Of a stretch of 64,000 nt of DNA, positions 59,432-64,000 are shown piece by piece. This DNA comes from Selaginella moellendorffii (taxonomy: Eukaryota > Plantae > Lycopodiophyta). The notes below the pieces were generated by a model. That model made no database searches. It was given only the letters and a program-made list of their open reading frames with translations, and was not told the DNA's origin. Location: positions 1,354,841 to 1,418,840 of the forward strand of contig NW_003314304.1 in assembly GCF_000143415.4 (NCBI RefSeq). The letters are read 5' to 3'. Numbering within the stretch: position 1 is the first letter of the stretch; every line of letters begins with the position of its first letter. A program made the position numbers and the translations under genes.

Positions 59432-61850
59432 CCCAAGAATACAAAATGTGACACAAGAATTGCAAGATGGGGCATTTGTAGCACTTTTCCTACTTGCCAC
59501 CCCAGGGAACCTCAATGCAACAAAGTCCAAACTGGAGATTTCAACATGGCAGCAGGAGCGGCCATCAACTGGAACAAGTCAGTAGGAGTGAACTGGGGAA
59601 AGCCAGGCATCGAGGCCTGGGGGTAGGAGACAGGCTTCTAGTGGCTTTGCCCAAGCGAAGACACCCAGTACCTTGGCATCTAGGATGGGGTCCAATATAG
59701 TGCAGCCACACAAGATGATACGCTACTTAGGAGGATCTAGATTAGAAATGGGCCCCAAGGAAACTTGGGCTCCTAGCACGGATCATAGTAGTCAAGAGCG
59801 TGACCTCCCTAGCATCTAATACCACCTCTCGATCTAGCCAGTGCTGAAGACCACACTACAAAAGGTGAGACAGATGGTGCGAACCTATGTATGGCATGGA
59901 ACATGGCTATAGGGTAGACCATGGCCTAGGTGGCTTGGTAGTCTACAGCACGGCCGTCTATCCTAGGGGGGCTGGGGATCATCAACCCTAGTGACATGGT
60001 GAAGGTGTTGAGATACAAGAATTTTCTCATGGGCCTGCAATTGTGGAGACAACCGTGGCGACTCATGTTCCGGCAGAGCCTCCTAGCAATGCCCCAAACA
60101 CAATGCAGCCAAACCTTGGGAGGAGGACCTACGGTGGCTCTTTGTAGAAGGACCAACTTAGGTAGTGAAAAGGGGCAACCTCATCCAAAGCATGCATAGA
60201 CTATGGAGAGCCTTTCCACTGGAGCAAACACTGCCAAGTAGGGCTGAGGAGTGGCTCAACCAGCCCCTATTTTTCAATGCACTGTTCCAAGTGGGAGGTG
60301 TGATATTGGGATGAGAGACACACCACACAATCTGGAGGAAAATGCATGCAAATGGCTTCCAAACCATGAAACAACTAGCGGGAATGATCGATAGGGATTG
60401 GTGGTAAACAGCAAGGAGGACACAAGTTTTTGGACTGTGGAAGCGGCACAACATCCTACTGGATGTTATGCAACTCTTTCGAGTTGTGACACAAAAGCAG
60501 GGACGAAGTGGCCAAGAAGATGCCTTAAGGCAGGAGACTTTGTGGCAATCCAACAGCAAACAGAGTGGGCGGAGCAGAATGCAGTGCGCTATCTATTGGG
60601 GACGTGGACTCGAGCATTCACTGCACCTACACCAGCATGGGAAGAAGGGGACGTCAAGGTGTGGTTCATTGCCTCACTAGAGCACAACATAAGATGGCCC
60701 TTTTGTGTCACAAGAGGAGATGCACTTCTCCCGATGGGTGAGAAGCAAGTGATGGTGGAGTCGGAGGGCCTGCTGGAGGGCAACGGATCACTAATATGGT
60801 GGTGATAGCAACTACTAGAATATCTGGATTGGGACCCTACTACATGGCAGCGAGGGGCAGGAAGATTTTTCTCCTATGAGGCCAAGGAAGCACGTAATGG
60901 ACTATTGACATCTCGAGAGGAGGCAAGAGAGGAGATTCCAAAGTTGTGGTAGAAGTGGATAGCACAAGGGGTTGACGCATAACACGATTCACTTCTAGAA
61001 GCTGCTCGTGCAATAGAAAGTGAAAGTCACCTCATGGTTGGTAGCTAACAATGGGCTTCTAGTTGGACAGTGTTTTCAGGATGACGCAAGTCGCAGGTGT
61101 AGGGATTGTGGCGAAATCGAGACAGTTATGCATGCATTGTGGGAGTGTGATACTGCAAAGGAGGTGTGGCACTAGATCATCAAGGTAGAGAAGGAGTTGG
61201 GAGTTACACAAGACTTTGAGGCCTGAAATGGGGATGCGCTCCACTGATTCAAGGGAGCAAGGGGTCTTGCCCAGGGCTTAGCTCTGCAACACATCAGGTG
61301 CTGAGGACAACACGGCTGGGGGATTCAGGTCTATTGAGATGTGATTGGGGCAAAGATAGGAGTCCCGGTGTGAGAGGCTCTTGGCCATGCTCGATGGGCA
61401 GTATGGCGTGTGATGGGAGTCCAGGCCCTATGGGAAGCACGTAATCAGGCTCACTTTGACGGGACACAAGTCAGGGTATCATAGGTAATGGTAGAGTGGT
61501 GGAGACATACATTAGCAACAATATGACTTCACCATACTATCCTCCAAGATAGGGGGAAGCTAGAGAGGCTAGAAAAATGGCAAAAAGTATGGCTGGTATG
61601 TTTCAGTGAAGGCAACCACAAAGAAGTTCATTGGAGATGGTGCCCCCTAGAGTCGATCTTGCGGTCAGCATGAAGAGGGGACTTGGATCTGGACGTGATA
61701 CGATGGAGGTGACTGCAGCCGCTTCTACTTCAGGTTTAGGGTCATTTTGGATAAGGGAGCTTTCCACTAGGTAGCGTGAGCTTCAAGCAGCATGCCCAAT
61801 TTTTGTATTAGTCCCTATAGGACATTGGGGAATGTACATACATGTTTCAT
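59432..61850 (+). mobile_element. 5'-truncated, decayed L1-type LINE (end of RT to 3' end)
   Basis: AAGAAINWNKS, TQYLGI, GGLGIINP and zf-RVT CRDCGEIETVMHALWECDTAKEVW; flanked by a degenerate 15-bp TSD CGAAACAGAAGTCCA / TGAAGCAGAAGCCCA. Confidence 0.8.
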
Positions 61851-62783
61851 TGAAGCAGAAGCCCAACAAGCGTAACATGTTTGGACTAAAGGCTCTGATT
61901 TAGAAAGTCTAGAGTGAGAGTAGAACTTAGAATGAAGTGCTCAAGGGATAAGCATGAAGCAATCAGTAAATGGGTCTCTAAAAAGGGACACAAGAAGGAT
62001 GGACACATTGTGAGTGTCATGACACATGAAATGTCATGAATGAGTTCAAGATGGACCCAAAATGGAGTCCAAGATGGACCTGAGATGGAGTCTGAGATGG
62101 ACGCGAGATGGAGTCTAAGGTCGAGTTCAAGATGGACCTGAGATGGAGTCCAAGGTTGAGAAAGAGACTGAGATCGAAACTGAGACCAAGACCGAGACCG
62201 AGTCTAAGGGTGAAAGCCCAAAGTGATCATCTCCCAAACCCTAGAGGGTTTGGTGAGCTCTAAAAGTATAGTAGGCGAGAGACTTTAGTGGAGCCAGTTT
62301 GGCCAGGAAAAGCTAATGTGACCAAGGAAAGTTATACCCACGTTTTGACTAATGATAGAGTCTAAGGCTAGAGTGAATACGGACAGACAAGCGGGGTATT
62401 TTAGTGAAGTGTTCAAGAGCCGGCTCTAACTCCCCTGGGAGATTGAATAGTCGATACTCCCAATCCAAGTGTGGGTGGCACTACTTACTTGGATACCTAT
62501 TAAAACCTCACTTTAGCCATATGGCTAGGGCACCCAAATGCAGAAGGTGGGGAGAGTACCCCATGAGGCTTGCATAAAGCTATGGTGTTTCGAAATGTCA
62601 TCCCAAAGTCCCAAATTATGGAAAAGAAGACAAACAATCCTCTAGCGTAGTGAGCAAAGATACAGTCATATAATAAATAAGTCCTAAAGGACAATGGGAC
62701 TTAGTGGTCAGGCCTTTGGGCCTTGACCCAGTGGCAGTGTTGGCAAGCACAGCTGTGGATGAAGAGGGACTTCGTAGGGACGG

Positions 62784-64000
62784 TGTAAGCAACCAAAGAG
62801 AATGATAGGTCCAGTTCTTGTTGGGTTTGAATAGTACTGAGTTGGGTAACCTCCCAGGAAGTCTAAATTCAGGAGTTTACATTTGGTATTAGAAGGGTTT
62901 CGGGAAGTCCAAATTCAGGAGCTTATATTTGGTATCAGAGGGGTCTCGGGTCTGACTCTGTTGGCTGGCTAGAGAATCACACCACATGTTGATTGACATC
63001 TGGCAGGTTTAGTGTGCTCTGGCTGGGCTCAATCCGAGGGGTAGGGTGTCAAGAGAGCAGGGCTCTCGGGAGAGATGCGGTTCTCAACTTCCATTCATGA
63101 GGGCGTGAACTTGTAAGGAAGCATAGTGAATTGTAAACAACCAAAGAGAATAATTTGAGAAACGATCCATAGGGTTTAAATATAAAGGGAAAGGGCCCAT
63201 GAATAAGAGTGCACCCTCTTTTCCAATTGGTTAAGGGTTTTGGGATATTTAGGGTTAAGCATCCTTGGGTTTGAATACACCTCCCAAGAAGTCCAAATTC
63301 AAGAGTTTACATTTGGTATTAGAGAGGTTTTGGGAAGTCCAAGTTCAGGAGCTTACATTTAGTATCAGAGGGGTCTCGAGTTTGACTCTATTGGTTGGCT
63401 AGGGAATCACACCACATGTTGATTGACATCTGGCAGGTCCAGTGTGCTCCGGCTGGGCTTGATCCAAGGGGTAGGGTGTCAAAAGAGCAGGGCTCTCAGG
63501 AGAGCTGTAGCTCTCAGCTTCCATTCATGAGGGCGTGAACTTGTAGGAAAGCATAGTAGATTGTAAACAACCAAACAAAACAATTTGAGAAACGATCCAT
63601 GGGGTTTAAATATAAAGGGAAAGGGCCCATGAATAAGATTGCACCCCCTTTTCCAATTGGTTAAGGGTCTTGGCATATTTGGGGTTAAGCGTCTTTGGGT
63701 TTGAATAGTACTGGGTTGGGTGACCTCCCAGGATGTTCAAATTCAGGAGTTTACATTTGGTATTAAAGGGATTTCGGGAAGTCTAAATTCAGGAGCTTAC
63801 ATTTAGTATTAGAGGGGTCTCAAGTTTAACTCTATTGGTTGGCTAGAGAATCACACCACATGTTGATTGACATCTGGCAGATTTAGTGTGCTTCAGCTGG
63901 GCTCGATCTGAGGGGTAGGGTGTCAAGAGAGCAGGGCTCTCGAGAGAGTTGCGGGTCTCAGCTTCCATTTATGAGGGTGTGAACTTGCAAAGAAGCATAG
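62784..64000 (+). mobile_element. Tandem array of Cassandra-like TRIMs (period ~430 bp), running off the window
   Basis: LTR starts at 62784, 63132 and 63562; PBS TGGTATCAGAG; PPT-like GAGGGCGTGAA; 5S-like GTTAAGCGTCTTTGGG..TAGTACTGGGTTGGGTGACCTCCCAGGA at 63684-63733. Confidence 0.85.

Noticed and set aside
63684-63738. 5S rRNA gene
   Set aside because: Only the internal promoter part is present and it is embedded in an LTR; the 5' and 3' parts of 5S are absent.

Overview
Eukaryotic plant genomic DNA. The ~50-bp introns, very compact gene spacing and gene content suggest a lycophyte such as Selaginella; this is inference, not verified. (1) 1-8.4 kb: four tightly packed genes encoding a PPR protein, a CtpA-type C-terminal processing protease, a UVR/HEAT/TPR protein and an mTERF protein. 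(2) 9-14 kb: AT-rich decayed repeats, a 100-N gap and a (TA)n tract. (3) 14230-35057: an exact head-to-tail tandem duplication of a ~9-kb cassette. The cassette holds a secreted two-domain bulb-type (GNA) lectin, a 50-bp-stem hairpin, two intronless paralogous genes, a collapsed mTERF relic, an SGR2-like phospholipase pseudogene and an unidentified decayed ORF. Each paralogue encodes an apparently intact PD-(D/E)xK nuclease fused to a catalytically dead protein-kinase-like domain (Crinkler REase+kinase / Spok-like layout). In copy 2 the lectin is frameshifted, a short-LTR chromovirus lacking PR/RT has inserted into the hairpin, a 380-bp spacer is inverted, and gene B has lost 8 residues of its nuclease core. 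(4) 35.8-36.5 kb: RNA polymerase subunit RPB6. (5) 38-64 kb: nested transposon debris, including Cassandra-like 5S-rRNA-carrying TRIMs (solo LTR, near-complete element, tandem array), a 5'-truncated LINE and short LINE derivatives sharing its 3' tail, a Ulp1 remnant, a GC-rich two-orientation repeat, and a Pro-rich pseudogene with a ParB-like motif. The nuclease-pseudokinase pair plus lectin is the best candidate for an undescribed system (immune executioner or selfish toxin-antidote locus).
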